From positions 2,908 through 66,907 of the IMG/VR virus record IMGVR_UViG_3300044911_000926: a DNA stretch of 64,000 bases. One strand, 5' to 3'. Source of the stretch: a virus. This document shows positions 45,987 to 56,674 of this stretch, one piece after another (the first letter of the stretch is position 1; every line of letters starts with the position of its first letter). The notes under the pieces were generated by a model that was not told where the DNA came from, did not search any database, and saw only the letters and a program-made list of their open reading frames with translations. Both the position numbers and the translations under genes were made by a program.

Positions 45987-48050
45987 ATGGCTGAGTTTCA
46001 AGACGCTTTCAAGAAAGTCAAGAAGTACGGGCAGGCAGCGGCTGGACTCGGTCGCGGACTGATGTCTACGGTCGGAACTTCTGGCGGGCGTGCATTCCAG
46101 CAGGGAGTGAGTGCTGTCCAAGGTCCGTTATTCCAGGCCGGAACGCAGATGTACGGACAGATGCGACCAGGATCTACGATGCGAGATTACATGGGGATAG
46201 GCGCAGGCCTGTACCCGAGTTACATGCGTGACCAGATGTCTGGATTAGCATCCGGTGTTGGATCGGCAATTACTGCAACCGGAGAAGCAGTCAACAGGAA
46301 CCTGCCAACCGATCCGATTGTCACAGCGCTGCCTCCGCGTCCGAATCAGGTCAGTTCCGGAGTTCCCAGGGTGACATCTCTTAATGATGTCGCTTCAACT
46401 ATTAACTTCCCGTATAGGACCGAAGGGAGGCGAGAGAGCACTAACGTTGTCCGAGCGCCGATGATGACGCCATCAGAGATTGAAGCAGAAAGGCAAAGGC
46501 GTCCTTTTGAATCCAATCCTGAAATGCGGTCACGCATGTTCCTTCCGGGCGGGATTCAAGGACCGCTGCCTGAATCTGTTGGTCAAGCGTTTGACGAGCG
46601 AGGTCGCCAAGTTCCTGGATACCTGCAAAATCCAGAGCGACTTCGTGCAATCGCCGATATGTACAAACTTGCTGGGATACCAATCCCTGAAGCCGTTTCC
46701 AGGATACTCGATCCGTACATGCAAGCTAGATCGACCGGTCAACTAGCAAGCCAACTTGAACAGCAGCAACTCGCAGGTCAAGGCATGTTTGCAGGTCCGA
46801 CTCCGCAAGAGCGTGCTCAATTCGACGCCAATGTCCAGCAGCAGATCCAGCAGAACCCGAGTCCAGTCAATCAGTTCATGGACCAAGAGATGATGGGCAG
46901 GACGCGAGAGGGCCAAGCGATGGGCTTGCGTGACCTACAGTCTGCGTTCCTGTCTCGGCCGATGCAGGGTGGCATGGTCCGTGGATCTACGGCAGACACA
47001 ATGCGAGACCGAGAGCAACGACTGGCGATGCTTGGTGGAATGAATCCTCCGCGAGATGTCGGTGCCGAGTTGACTCAGACAAGATCTGAACAGGACATGG
47101 CGATCGACGAAGAACTAGCCAGGCAAGGAATGACTCCGGAAAAACTTGCAGAGGTTGCACGACTGAGCGGAAGGCCAGAGCTTATGCAAGGTGGCCGTTC
47201 TGCAAGGTCGCTGCTTGCACCGGGAACCGTCATTCGCGGCATGGGTGGTGGTGGCGTTCCGTTCACAATCGCTCGCGGACAAGAAGAGACAAGTGCTCGT
47301 CGAGAAGCACGACTCGCGTCACTTCCTGCACGCCGAGAACAAGATCGACTCGCCGTCCAAGATAGGCTTGACCGGATGAGACTTGGTCGCCAAACGATGG
47401 CTGCCAATCAGATGGCTGCACAGCAACGTGCAATCGACATGGCTACCAATCCGCTCGCCAACCCGATGCTGGTCGCTAACAGCCCGAGTGCGTTGTCAGC
47501 GGTATTCCAGACGCAGCAGGCGCAGCGGGATCTGGTGGCTAATGCTCCGCTCAGGCAGGCACAGATCGATCAGGCCAACGCCGAAATCGCAAGGAACAAG
47601 GCAGAGACTGAAAGGCTGAACGACCCTAACCAGATTGAGATGGCAAGAAACCAGCAATTGCTCGACAGCCTTGTTGGATCAAACGATCCGCAGTCCATTG
47701 CCATGAGGAACAACCTGCTTCGTCGTCAGCAAGAGATCATGAACAGGATGTCTGGTCAGCAAGACTCGCTGATGCCGCCAAACGTTACGGCACCAATTGT
47801 TCCAGACCCACAGACTGGTGCGATAAGTTCCAGCCAGATCCGGCAGAGGATGAATCAGTTGTCTGCATACGGATTCCAAGGCGAGGACCTGATCAGGCAA
47901 CTTGAGGAAGCCGGGGTCGATCGTCGAGCAATTGGCGACATGCTGCGAGGTATCAAGGATAGCGTCCTCAATAGATTCCTGGTTTCCGAGCAGGACATGA
48001 ACACGATCCGTGGGCTCAAGACCACGCTGGGTATTCCGCTTTACGAGTGA
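45987..48050 (+). CDS. putative internal virion/ejection protein
   Basis: 687 aa, Q/M/G/R-rich, no Cys or Trp, predicted helical/disordered. Confidence 0.65.
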   Translation: MAEFQDAFKKVKKYGQAAAGLGRGLMSTVGTSGGRAFQQGVSAVQGPLFQAGTQMYGQMRPGSTMRDYMGIGAGLYPSYMRDQMSGLASGVGSAITATGEAVNRNLPTDPIVTALPPRPNQVSSGVPRVTSLNDVASTINFPYRTEGRRESTNVVRAPMMTPSEIEAERQRRPFESNPEMRSRMFLPGGIQGPLPESVGQAFDERGRQVPGYLQNPERLRAIADMYKLAGIPIPEAVSRILDPYMQARSTGQLASQLEQQQLAGQGMFAGPTPQERAQFDANVQQQIQQNPSPVNQFMDQEMMGRTREGQAMGLRDLQSAFLSRPMQGGMVRGSTADTMRDREQRLAMLGGMNPPRDVGAELTQTRSEQDMAIDEELARQGMTPEKLAEVARLSGRPELMQGGRSARSLLAPGTVIRGMGGGGVPFTIARGQEETSARREARLASLPARREQDRLAVQDRLDRMRLGRQTMAANQMAAQQRAIDMATNPLANPMLVANSPSALSAVFQTQQAQRDLVANAPLRQAQIDQANAEIARNKAETERLNDPNQIEMARNQQLLDSLVGSNDPQSIAMRNNLLRRQQEIMNRMSGQQDSLMPPNVTAPIVPDPQTGAISSSQIRQRMNQLSAYGFQGEDLIRQLEEAGVDRRAIGDMLRGIKDSVLNRFLVSEQDMNTIRGLKTTLGIPLYE

Positions 48051-48059
48051 TAGAGAATC

Positions 48060-51000
48060 ATGGCGACAGATGATGTTATCCAGAGGATACTAAATCCAGG
48101 CGGAGTGTCGGCTGCTAGGGCTGCGTCTCGTCAGCAGGCACCCTACGTCAATGAGGAAGAAGAACGCAGTCTTATCGGCAACTTGCGTGACAAGACGCTG
48201 ACTACACTCGGTGTTATTGGGAACACTTTGTCGCTGCCGTTGTCATCGGTGATGGACGTTGCGTCCAGTGTCGTGACAGGCCAGATAAAGAACCCTTTCG
48301 ACCAGTACCTCACTCCGTTCAGCGGTGAGAATAGGACAACAGGCCAGGACCTGTTGGAGCAGACGAACATCTTTGGACCAGAGCCATCTTGGGGTAAGTC
48401 GATTGCAGGCTTCGGCCTTGAAGTCGCTGCCGATCCGCTAACGTACCTGACGCTTGGTGGATCTGCACTTGGCAAGGCTGGCCAAGCAGCCAAGAAGGCT
48501 GGGCTGCTCGACGAAGCGCAGCGAGTGACGCGACTCAAGACTGGTGCTGCTCCAGGTACGGTTGGTCCACGCCAAGCGAGACTGTCAACGAGCCTTCAGG
48601 ACATCGCTCAATACTCAACCGGAGATACTCGCAGGAGAGCACAGGACCTGCTGGACAGGCTGACGCCGGAGGAGGCTGCTGCTCCGCTCGGAGGGATGGT
48701 TGGATTCGGACTCCCGTTTGCTGCTCCGAGGATGGTCACCGGAACCGGAGCCAGAGCACAGACCGTTGCCAGAGCGATGGACACTGCTGGTCGTGCAGTC
48801 CGGTTTGGAAAGATCCCTGGCACGGACATTCAGAATCCACTCGGTGCGATCCTCGGTGCGTTCGACGCTCGATCCAAGGGTGCAAAGGAAGCCGCCGTTG
48901 CCGAGTCCACGGGAAGGCTATTTGATGAGTTGCCAAAGTCGGCAGCGGCGATCAGAGCATCGACAGCGAACCAAGCAACGTACCTTGAGGACTTGGTCAA
49001 GAACCCAAACAACCCGAGTATTCCCGCAGTCGAGGACTACCTTTCCAAAAGGCGTTCTTTCTGGGGTCCTAATGTCAAGGCTCCGGTTACGGACGAAGAA
49101 AAGTACATGGAATTGTCCGACGCGATCAGAGAGGGACAGGAGGGAATCGTCGATCTTAATGACATGCCAGAAGAACTTCGCTGGATTTCGGCACAGATGC
49201 AGTCTGAAGCCGACGCCATGCCGGGGCAGATGCGTCGGGCTGGTGGCAGGGTTTCTGAACTTGCAGACAAGAACTTATACGCAGCAAGGTACAAGTCCCA
49301 AGGTCCAAAGGCTGCATCTCCTCGCGACATCGAGGCGTCCACGTTCGATCCTTCTCAGGGATTCAGGAGGCAGGACTTCCTTCGTGACATCGATGGTGGG
49401 ACCGTTGCGTTCCGCAGGAAGATTGTCATGGACCCAGAACTGCAAAGGAAACTCGCAGACAAGGCGAACACTGTCGATGACATAGCGGAGTACCTGAGAA
49501 ACACTCACTCCGGCTGGCTGGCTGATGACTACACGAGTTTCTACCGGACAGGTAAAGACAAGGGCAAGGCATACGTCAAGAAAGGCCGATACCAGAAGAT
49601 GGCTAGGATGCTGTACGGCACCGAGCCAGAGGTGTTGAAGCGAGGGTTCTTCGGCAACAGCGTATTGTCTGACCACATGATGCGGAGGATGTCGCACGTC
49701 AAGGCAACGTCCACGCTCAAGAACATGACCGACCTGTTGTCCTCGAAGGACACGGCAGGCATGGGTCGCTACATCAAGGGCGAAGGCTCGTGGCGAAGCA
49801 GCGGTGTTAACGTCGGAGGACCTGACGACTCGACGATGAAGTTGTCGAAGTTCCTGAAGATGATGGACCTTCCTGAGTTCGCTATACACAAGGAACTCAA
49901 GACCGACACGTTGCGCAAGGGAGGCATCCTAAAGGTCTTGTCCAAGAACATGGGGATCAGCACCAAGGACTTGCGAAAGGCAAGGATAGACAAGCGGATT
50001 GCTGACGACCTGTATCGTGTACACAAGGCTGCGACAACCCGTGGTCCGATGGATGAGATCCTAGAGATGACGGACTCAGCCACGAACATGATGAAAACGT
50101 TCTCGACCACGATCCGTCCTGGGTTCCACGTCCGCAACTTGGCGTCAGGCTGGACGCAGAACGCGATGCTCGGGATGTGGGATAAGCAGTCTGCTGGCTG
50201 GTCGATGGACCTGCTGCAAGGCCGAACGATGGCTGACTCGCGGAAGATCGAGTGGGTCGGTCGAGACTACGCTCGTCGTGCTATGCAGGCAGGCTGGGGC
50301 TACGATGACATCGCAACCAAGTTGCGAGATGCAGGGTACAGCAACTCTCAGGTAGCGTCCGTTATCAAGTCTGCTAGGAGGATGGTTCCAAAGAGCAAGA
50401 GAGTTAAGCCTCTAAGGTCTGCCAGCGAGGAGTCGTTCAATCTTCCTAGTGCATCCGTTCCGGCAAAGGTCGATATAGATGGCGTTGCTAGGCCAGCAGT
50501 CGATAGCACCGGATCTCCGATTCACACCACCGAAGAAGGAGTAAGGAACTTCTGGAAGAACTTCAAGGACAGCAAGGTGGTGGATGCGGAAGGCAAGCCT
50601 CTTGTCGTTTACCACGGGACCCCAGAGTCTGGGTTCAATAAATTCTCTACAGAAAATAAGACCGTGAAGATGGATGAAGGCTTCATGGGGAAAGGCCATT
50701 ATTTTACAACAAGTCCAGATACTGCTAAGTGGTACTCAATGAAAGCAGGTATGTCTCCAGGTACATACCCTGTGTATTTGTCTGTAAAGAATCCAGTTGT
50801 GATGTCTAAGAAGCCGCTTTCTGGATCTGAGATAGTCGAATCAATACCAGATTACCCAGAGCTTCAGAAAAGAACGGAAGATCTAGCAAGCCAATACATT
50901 AACTCGTCCATAGATGCTCCGGCATCTTGGGCGTCTGTCGGTCCAAGCAAGGAACAGGAGATCTCCAGTGCATACTCGAAAGCATTTTCTGTTGCAGCAA

Positions 51001-53447
51001 AAGAACAAGGGTACGACGGGTCGGTTTTTACGTTCAGGACAGGAGAAAAGGAGGTAGTCGCTTTTGATCCAACCCAGATTAAGTCCGCAACAGGAAACAG
51101 GGGCACGTTCGATGCAGCGGAGACAGACATTCGCAGGATGCCGATGTCTCCCGATGACCTAAACAAACTCCCTGAACCTGTCGTTTCCGGTGCAACGACA
51201 GCCGATGCGTTTACTGCTCCAGAGACTGATCTATGGAAGGCAAGTAAATTCGCGAAGATTTCTGACGAGCACGCCAAGTTCAGCCAGAGGATGGACAATC
51301 TCGTCAAGATCAAGGGCATCACCAAGACCGACGCCAACCTTCTGAGATTGATGTTTGCTGGCGCAAGCCAAGAAGGCATGGCAAGGATGAACATGCCTGC
51401 GTTCAATGCCGTCAACATGATTGACAAAGGGCGTGCTGCCGGGGTCTGGATAAAGTACACAGATCTCAGGTCTGGAAAGAAGTCGTTTGAAATAAAGGTC
51501 TCAAAGAAGCGTTCTGAATCACAGTCTGGATTTAACGTTCTGCTTCACGAACTCGGCCACATGGCTCACGAGATATACAAGACTGATTTTGTGTCCAAGT
51601 ATGGCGACGACATCGAGCAGTTGTTTAAGGAGGCTGCGGACAGTGGAGTCATGAAGGAGTACATGTCTGGCATCCACGGGAAGGGCCTTGGAGATTATTT
51701 GTCAGCCACGTTCAATGAGCAATTCGCGCAGTTGTTCGCAGACTCCATCGTCCGAAGGAGAACTCCTCCGGGTGCGTTGGCAAAGATTGTCAACGGCGTC
51801 AGGGACTGGATCGTCGGATTCCTCGAAAGGCTAAAGATCACCCAACCTATTCCGAAGTCTGCGGAAAAGAGGATCGACGAGATCGTTGACGCACTGCTGG
51901 GTTACGACGGCAAGAAGTTGTCCGACCTTGCTCCTCCAACCATCATCAAAGGCTCTGCTGGCAAGAAGCCAAAGGCTGCACCACAGCCAACTCCCCAGCC
52001 GCCTACTCCCGGTCCTGTTGGTCCACCCGTCCTACAGCCACCGACTCCTCCTCCACCGAACTTCGGCAAGACCGATCCGTACTTCCCATCTCCAGGAAGC
52101 GGAGACCTTGCAGACTTGGACGATGCGTTTGCCACGAGGATCATAGGCCAACGAGCCTATGCAGACGGCGTCATAGGCTCAGTCGATGCGGACAAGGCTG
52201 CTGACGTTGCAGGTACTCCAGAGTTGTTCTCGGGCACGACGAGCGAGATCCTCGGTAGCATTCCTCGGGTTGGCAACAAGTCGATGAGTCCGACTCGTGT
52301 AGCCAAGAAGGCGTTCGGGATGGAGGAAGGCACGAACCTGAATCCTGTTAAAACACGCGGCGTTGGCGGAGCGATGACTAGCACGTTCGGTCCTGTCGCT
52401 GCCGGTGAAGAAGTCGGTGCGTTCGTTGACGGACTGACCCGCATCCAGCCCTACATCGCCTTGCTGCGTAAGGGATACGAGCCAGAGGTTGCAGCGAAGA
52501 AGGTTGTCGCTGCACAGGTGGCCTACAGCAATCGCAACTTCACTCCGTTTGAGTTGAAGTACATGCGGAGGCTGCTGCCCTTCTATAAATTTTCAAGGTC
52601 CCAGATACCGTTCCAGATGAAGCAGTTGATGGAGAAGCCCGGTGGAGCACAGGCACAACTGTTCCGAGCACTGAATCAGGCACAGTCTCAGGGTGAACTT
52701 GCTCCGGACTACGTCAGGGATACTGCGTCGATCCCAGTGTCCGAGCAGAACCCGATCCTTCAGGCGTTGATCGGAGCACCACCGGAAGGCACGGACAGGT
52801 ACATCTCCGGTCTAGGGCTGATGGCTGAGGACCTGCTGTCGGTAGGTCCTGGTGTTCGAGGTACAGGCCAGGAGTTCCTGAGCAGGCTGAATCCGTTGCT
52901 GAAAGGACCGCTGGAGTACACGACCAATCAGTCGTTCTTCCAGGCTGGACCCGAGGGAGGCAGGCCGCTCGACGAACTCGACCCGCTGATGGGACGAATA
53001 CTCGCCAATCTGAGCGGACAGAAGGATGCTGTGCAGCTTCCACAGATACTCGAAGTCGCTGCTGCCAACTCTCCGATTGCATCCTTGCTCACCACGGCTA
53101 GGACGCTGACGGACCCGAGGAAGGCTGGAGACTACGGTGCTCTCAGCGAAGCCTCGCCAGTGCCCCTTCCAGGCGTTCCTGCGCTGCTCAACACACTGAC
53201 CGGCCTCCGAGTCACGGACGTATCTCCAGGCTCCAAGGACGCGATTGTACGCGACCTACTGGAGTCCAGGATGAAGGGTGCTGGAGCCAAGGCTTTCGAG
53301 CGGGTGTACTTCTCGAAGGAGCAACTTGCACAGATGTCTCCCGAAGATCGTCAGGTAGCATTAGAGTTACAGGGCTTGGCCAACGTACTGGCCAAGAGAA
53401 CGAAAGAACGTGCAGCAGAACGTAAGAAAAACGAGGCCAACAAATGA
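48060..53447 (+). CDS. large polyvalent (ejected) protein with ADP-ribosyltransferase-like and zincin domains
   Basis: VYHGT..GKGHYFT..YLSVKNP..GYDG..EVVAFDPTQIKSATGNRGTF; LLHELGH...EQFAQ. Confidence 0.8.
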   Translation: MATDDVIQRILNPGGVSAARAASRQQAPYVNEEEERSLIGNLRDKTLTTLGVIGNTLSLPLSSVMDVASSVVTGQIKNPFDQYLTPFSGENRTTGQDLLEQTNIFGPEPSWGKSIAGFGLEVAADPLTYLTLGGSALGKAGQAAKKAGLLDEAQRVTRLKTGAAPGTVGPRQARLSTSLQDIAQYSTGDTRRRAQDLLDRLTPEEAAAPLGGMVGFGLPFAAPRMVTGTGARAQTVARAMDTAGRAVRFGKIPGTDIQNPLGAILGAFDARSKGAKEAAVAESTGRLFDELPKSAAAIRASTANQATYLEDLVKNPNNPSIPAVEDYLSKRRSFWGPNVKAPVTDEEKYMELSDAIREGQEGIVDLNDMPEELRWISAQMQSEADAMPGQMRRAGGRVSELADKNLYAARYKSQGPKAASPRDIEASTFDPSQGFRRQDFLRDIDGGTVAFRRKIVMDPELQRKLADKANTVDDIAEYLRNTHSGWLADDYTSFYRTGKDKGKAYVKKGRYQKMARMLYGTEPEVLKRGFFGNSVLSDHMMRRMSHVKATSTLKNMTDLLSSKDTAGMGRYIKGEGSWRSSGVNVGGPDDSTMKLSKFLKMMDLPEFAIHKELKTDTLRKGGILKVLSKNMGISTKDLRKARIDKRIADDLYRVHKAATTRGPMDEILEMTDSATNMMKTFSTTIRPGFHVRNLASGWTQNAMLGMWDKQSAGWSMDLLQGRTMADSRKIEWVGRDYARRAMQAGWGYDDIATKLRDAGYSNSQVASVIKSARRMVPKSKRVKPLRSASEESFNLPSASVPAKVDIDGVARPAVDSTGSPIHTTEEGVRNFWKNFKDSKVVDAEGKPLVVYHGTPESGFNKFSTENKTVKMDEGFMGKGHYFTTSPDTAKWYSMKAGMSPGTYPVYLSVKNPVVMSKKPLSGSEIVESIPDYPELQKRTEDLASQYINSSIDAPASWASVGPSKEQEISSAYSKAFSVAAKEQGYDGSVFTFRTGEKEVVAFDPTQIKSATGNRGTFDAAETDIRRMPMSPDDLNKLPEPVVSGATTADAFTAPETDLWKASKFAKISDEHAKFSQRMDNLVKIKGITKTDANLLRLMFAGASQEGMARMNMPAFNAVNMIDKGRAAGVWIKYTDLRSGKKSFEIKVSKKRSESQSGFNVLLHELGHMAHEIYKTDFVSKYGDDIEQLFKEAADSGVMKEYMSGIHGKGLGDYLSATFNEQFAQLFADSIVRRRTPPGALAKIVNGVRDWIVGFLERLKITQPIPKSAEKRIDEIVDALLGYDGKKLSDLAPPTIIKGSAGKKPKAAPQPTPQPPTPGPVGPPVLQPPTPPPPNFGKTDPYFPSPGSGDLADLDDAFATRIIGQRAYADGVIGSVDADKAADVAGTPELFSGTTSEILGSIPRVGNKSMSPTRVAKKAFGMEEGTNLNPVKTRGVGGAMTSTFGPVAAGEEVGAFVDGLTRIQPYIALLRKGYEPEVAAKKVVAAQVAYSNRNFTPFELKYMRRLLPFYKFSRSQIPFQMKQLMEKPGGAQAQLFRALNQAQSQGELAPDYVRDTASIPVSEQNPILQALIGAPPEGTDRYISGLGLMAEDLLSVGPGVRGTGQEFLSRLNPLLKGPLEYTTNQSFFQAGPEGGRPLDELDPLMGRILANLSGQKDAVQLPQILEVAAANSPIASLLTTARTLTDPRKAGDYGALSEASPVPLPGVPALLNTLTGLRVTDVSPGSKDAIVRDLLESRMKGAGAKAFERVYFSKEQLAQMSPEDRQVALELQGLANVLAKRTKERAAERKKNEANK

Positions 53448-54043
53448 GTCAGTTGATTGCATACATCGGTTGGAGATTGGGATTGAAGTCGATCGACTCG
53501 GTAGTCAGTCGAGAGGACGAGACGCAGGCATCGAGCGATGTCAGCCTTCCAGCAGCGGTGTCTGGTACGCTCACGACACGGACGAGCGATTCGGTAGGTG
53601 TCGTCACGGTGGCATCGCACTCGATCACCACGAGCGACAAGGTCGCAGTGTTCTGGTCAGGTGGGTACAGGTACAACGTCGCTGTCAGTGCGACAAGTGG
53701 AACGACAATCTCGATCGGGTCCGGAGGTAGTGGCGACAATCTGCCTGCGGCGTCCACGGCACTCACGATCTGCAAGGAGACGACATTGTCGTTTTCTCAC
53801 GTAGGAAACGACATCAAGGGCATGGTCGTTCACTCTCCGCAGCGAATGTCCATGAACGTCAGGGATACGGTTCCTGCATCGCAGGTTGCAGCAGACGTTC
53901 CGGCAAACGAAGGCTGGTTCTGGATCAGCAACGCGACAGGAACAAGCCCGTTCGCAGGCGATACGCTTCAGGATATCATCCTCGCAAACGCAGACACGAC
54001 CGCACAAACGGCTACGGTTTTGCTGCTGAAGAACAGCCTGTAA
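53444..54043 (+). CDS. putative virion structural protein
   Basis: Ser/Thr/Val-rich beta protein. Confidence 0.65.
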   Translation: MSQLIAYIGWRLGLKSIDSVVSREDETQASSDVSLPAAVSGTLTTRTSDSVGVVTVASHSITTSDKVAVFWSGGYRYNVAVSATSGTTISIGSGGSGDNLPAASTALTICKETTLSFSHVGNDIKGMVVHSPQRMSMNVRDTVPASQVAADVPANEGWFWISNATGTSPFAGDTLQDIILANADTTAQTATVLLLKNSL

Positions 54044-54079
54044 CAATTCCTGAAAAATCTTTTCACACACCACTTCCAC

Positions 54080-54095
54080 TGTCTCGATCACGACA
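54080..54095. promoter_or_regulatory. TGTC-N8-GACA operator next to a TATCAT -10, upstream of the recombination operon
   Basis: TGTCTCGATCACGACA. Confidence 0.6.
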
Positions 54096-54128
54096 CTATC
54101 ATGGTCGAGAACAACCTAACAACGGGAG

Positions 54129-54746
54129 TTGGAAGTGGAACAGGGATCACAGGAATGGCTGCAAGCACGATGCGGCAAGGTGACAGGCAGTCGCTTTGCA
54201 GACGTGCTATCAAGCAAGCGTGGCATGTCTAAGACAGCCCTAAACTACATGCTGGAAATCGTCGGAGAGATTCTGACTGGAGTTCCGGCAGACACCTACA
54301 CGTCGAAGGAGATGGCGTGGGGTTCTAAGCACGAGGAGTTTGCCAAGACGTGGTACATCCTCGAACGCGGCGTGACGATCGAGGAATCGCCGTTCGTGCT
54401 GCATCCGGACAACCCATTCGTAGGATGCTCGCCTGACGCTCTGGTTGGCACGGATGGGATACTTGAGATCAAGTGCCCGTACAACACGCGAGTCCACATC
54501 AACACGATCCTGGAGGACAAGGTCCCCGAGGAGTACGAGCCGCAGGTACACGGCAATATGTGGGTCGCACGCAGGAAGTGGTGCGACTTCGTCAGCTACG
54601 ATCCACGCATCAAGGACGACAGGCTGCGTCAGCACGTTATCCGTGTCGATCGCGATGAGCAGTACGCGGAGTACATTGAGGAATCGGTGTTCCGCTTTGT
54701 GGAGCAGATCAAGATTCGACTCAACAGATTGGGAGTATCGACGTGA
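54129..54746 (+). CDS. YqaJ/lambda-exonuclease family protein
   Basis: QGSQEWLQAR.G..TGS, SPDAL, LEIKCP, Q..G.M. Confidence 0.92.
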   Translation: MEVEQGSQEWLQARCGKVTGSRFADVLSSKRGMSKTALNYMLEIVGEILTGVPADTYTSKEMAWGSKHEEFAKTWYILERGVTIEESPFVLHPDNPFVGCSPDALVGTDGILEIKCPYNTRVHINTILEDKVPEEYEPQVHGNMWVARRKWCDFVSYDPRIKDDRLRQHVIRVDRDEQYAEYIEESVFRFVEQIKIRLNRLGVST

Positions 54747-55354
54747 CGTTAGAGCAGAACATGAAACTGTGGAACAGCGTCTGTACCACAGATCCGAAGC
54801 GAACGAAGGCTGTCACGCTCGGTCGCAAGTGGACAGCGATTGACCCGACGTACCAGAACATGGAAGCCACCAAGCTGTGGGGTCCGTACGGAAAGGACTG
54901 GGGCTTAGACGACATCGAGATCAAGACTATCGTGATCGGCGACACGACTGTCGCAATGCTCAAAGGGGTTTTCAGGTATCCCGAAGGCCGGTTCCAGATC
55001 GTTGTTGACCAGAAGTTCAAGCCAGGGGATGACACTCTCAAGAAGTTACAAACGAGTGCAACCTCAAAGGCGTTGTCCAAACTAGGATTCAGTGCGGATA
55101 TTTTCCTCGGTATGTTCGACGACGTTGATTACGTCACCGGACTCAAGGAACGATCTCGTGCAGGACAAGAGGCCATCGACAGACTGTCTGAGAAGATCCA
55201 GACAATGAACACGATGTCGGAGATGATCGCTTGCACCGATCGTGCAGAGGCGTTGCTAAAGAGCAAGAAGATTGACGGTCCTTCGTTCGAGGAGTTAATG
55301 GAACTCATTGAATTGAGAAGGACTGAACTCAGGTTAGGGGAGATTGCAGAGTGA
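54743..55354 (+). CDS. single-strand annealing protein (Rad52/Sak-like)
   Basis: TAIDP.Y....T..WGPYG..WG, DD..KK..T.A.SKALS.LGFSADIF. Confidence 0.7.
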   Translation: MTLEQNMKLWNSVCTTDPKRTKAVTLGRKWTAIDPTYQNMEATKLWGPYGKDWGLDDIEIKTIVIGDTTVAMLKGVFRYPEGRFQIVVDQKFKPGDDTLKKLQTSATSKALSKLGFSADIFLGMFDDVDYVTGLKERSRAGQEAIDRLSEKIQTMNTMSEMIACTDRAEALLKSKKIDGPSFEELMELIELRRTELRLGEIAE

Positions 55355-56667
55355 GAGTCTTGAGACTAGAGGTCCACAACATCCTTCGGGTCAGTGACCT
55401 GGACCTAAACATGGAAGGCCACCATCTGGTGTTGATCGGTGGTCGCAACGGACAGGGCAAGACCAGCGCCATCAAGGCGTTGCTCATGGCTCTGTGTGGG
55501 AAGCGGAAGATGGACTTCCCAGAGGTTGCACTCAAGGAAGGCGAGGACGAAGGCTGGGTCAAGGTGGACTTGTCGGGAGACGAGGATCTCGGAGACCTCA
55601 AGGGATACACGATCGAACTCGGGTACAAGCGTCGTCGCGGAGGCAAGATCGAGGAGTCGTTCCGGCTGCTCGACAGCACTGGAGAGGAATCGCCAGAGCC
55701 ACGCAAGTTGCTCGAAGGACTGTACGCACTGCGAGCGTTTGACCCGATGTCGTTCGAGCAGGCCAAGCCGAAGGATCAGGCGGAGATTATTCGCAAGATG
55801 CTCGGTCTGGACTTCAGCGGCCAGGACAAAGAGTACCAGAAGATCTTTGCAGAACGCACTGTCGTCAACCGTCAGGTCAAGGAACTCGAAGCCCGTCGTG
55901 CTGCGGTCAAGGTCCCCAAGGATGCACCAGAACTGAAGGTCTCCGTGTCGTCTCTGCTGGCCGAACTGGACGCTGCCAACAAGGTCAACGCTGAGGCTGA
56001 CGCCAAGAAGCGGAAGGCCGATACGGCTTCGGTCGATGCAGCGAGGATTCAGGAGGACATCGTCCGAAAGAAAGAGGCCCTGAAGAAACTTCAGGAGTCG
56101 ATCGACGTTGCGGAGAATGATCTTGTCACCGCTATGGAGACCGCCAACACGCTAGAGCAGGAGGCTGCATCTGCCAATCGGGTTGACACCGCATCGATCA
56201 AGCAACAGATCGACTCTGCCGAAGAACTGAATCAGAAGCACGAGGCCCGTGTTGCTGCGGGCAGGTTGGACAGCGAGGTCCGGTCTGCAACAGTCAAGGC
56301 CGACTCAATGACCGCTCAACTGGAGGACATTACCGAGGCCAAGCGGAAGGCAATGGAGCAAGCCAAGTGGCCTGTTCCGGGAATGTCCTTGGACGAGGAG
56401 GGCGTGATGCTCAACGGACTGCCGTTCGAGCAGGCGTCTCGTGCCCAGCGTATTGCTGCGTCGGTACGGATCGGCATGGCGATGAATCCGAAGTTGCGGT
56501 TGATGGTGTCTCAGGACGGATCGGACTGCGACTTGGACACCCTGAAGCAACTGGAGGAGATCTGTCGCGAGGAGGATTACCAACTCATCATGGAACTGGT
56601 AACTCGCGGCAAGGATGACGAAGGATTGTGTGCGGTCGTCTTTGAGGACGGCCAAGCCAAAGAGTAG
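55351..56667 (+). CDS. SMC/Rad50-like AAA ATPase
   Basis: Walker A GRNGQGKTS, long coiled coil, degenerate signature. Confidence 0.85.
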   Translation: MRVLRLEVHNILRVSDLDLNMEGHHLVLIGGRNGQGKTSAIKALLMALCGKRKMDFPEVALKEGEDEGWVKVDLSGDEDLGDLKGYTIELGYKRRRGGKIEESFRLLDSTGEESPEPRKLLEGLYALRAFDPMSFEQAKPKDQAEIIRKMLGLDFSGQDKEYQKIFAERTVVNRQVKELEARRAAVKVPKDAPELKVSVSSLLAELDAANKVNAEADAKKRKADTASVDAARIQEDIVRKKEALKKLQESIDVAENDLVTAMETANTLEQEAASANRVDTASIKQQIDSAEELNQKHEARVAAGRLDSEVRSATVKADSMTAQLEDITEAKRKAMEQAKWPVPGMSLDEEGVMLNGLPFEQASRAQRIAASVRIGMAMNPKLRLMVSQDGSDCDLDTLKQLEEICREEDYQLIMELVTRGKDDEGLCAVVFEDGQAKE

Positions 56668-56674
56668 AGTCAGT

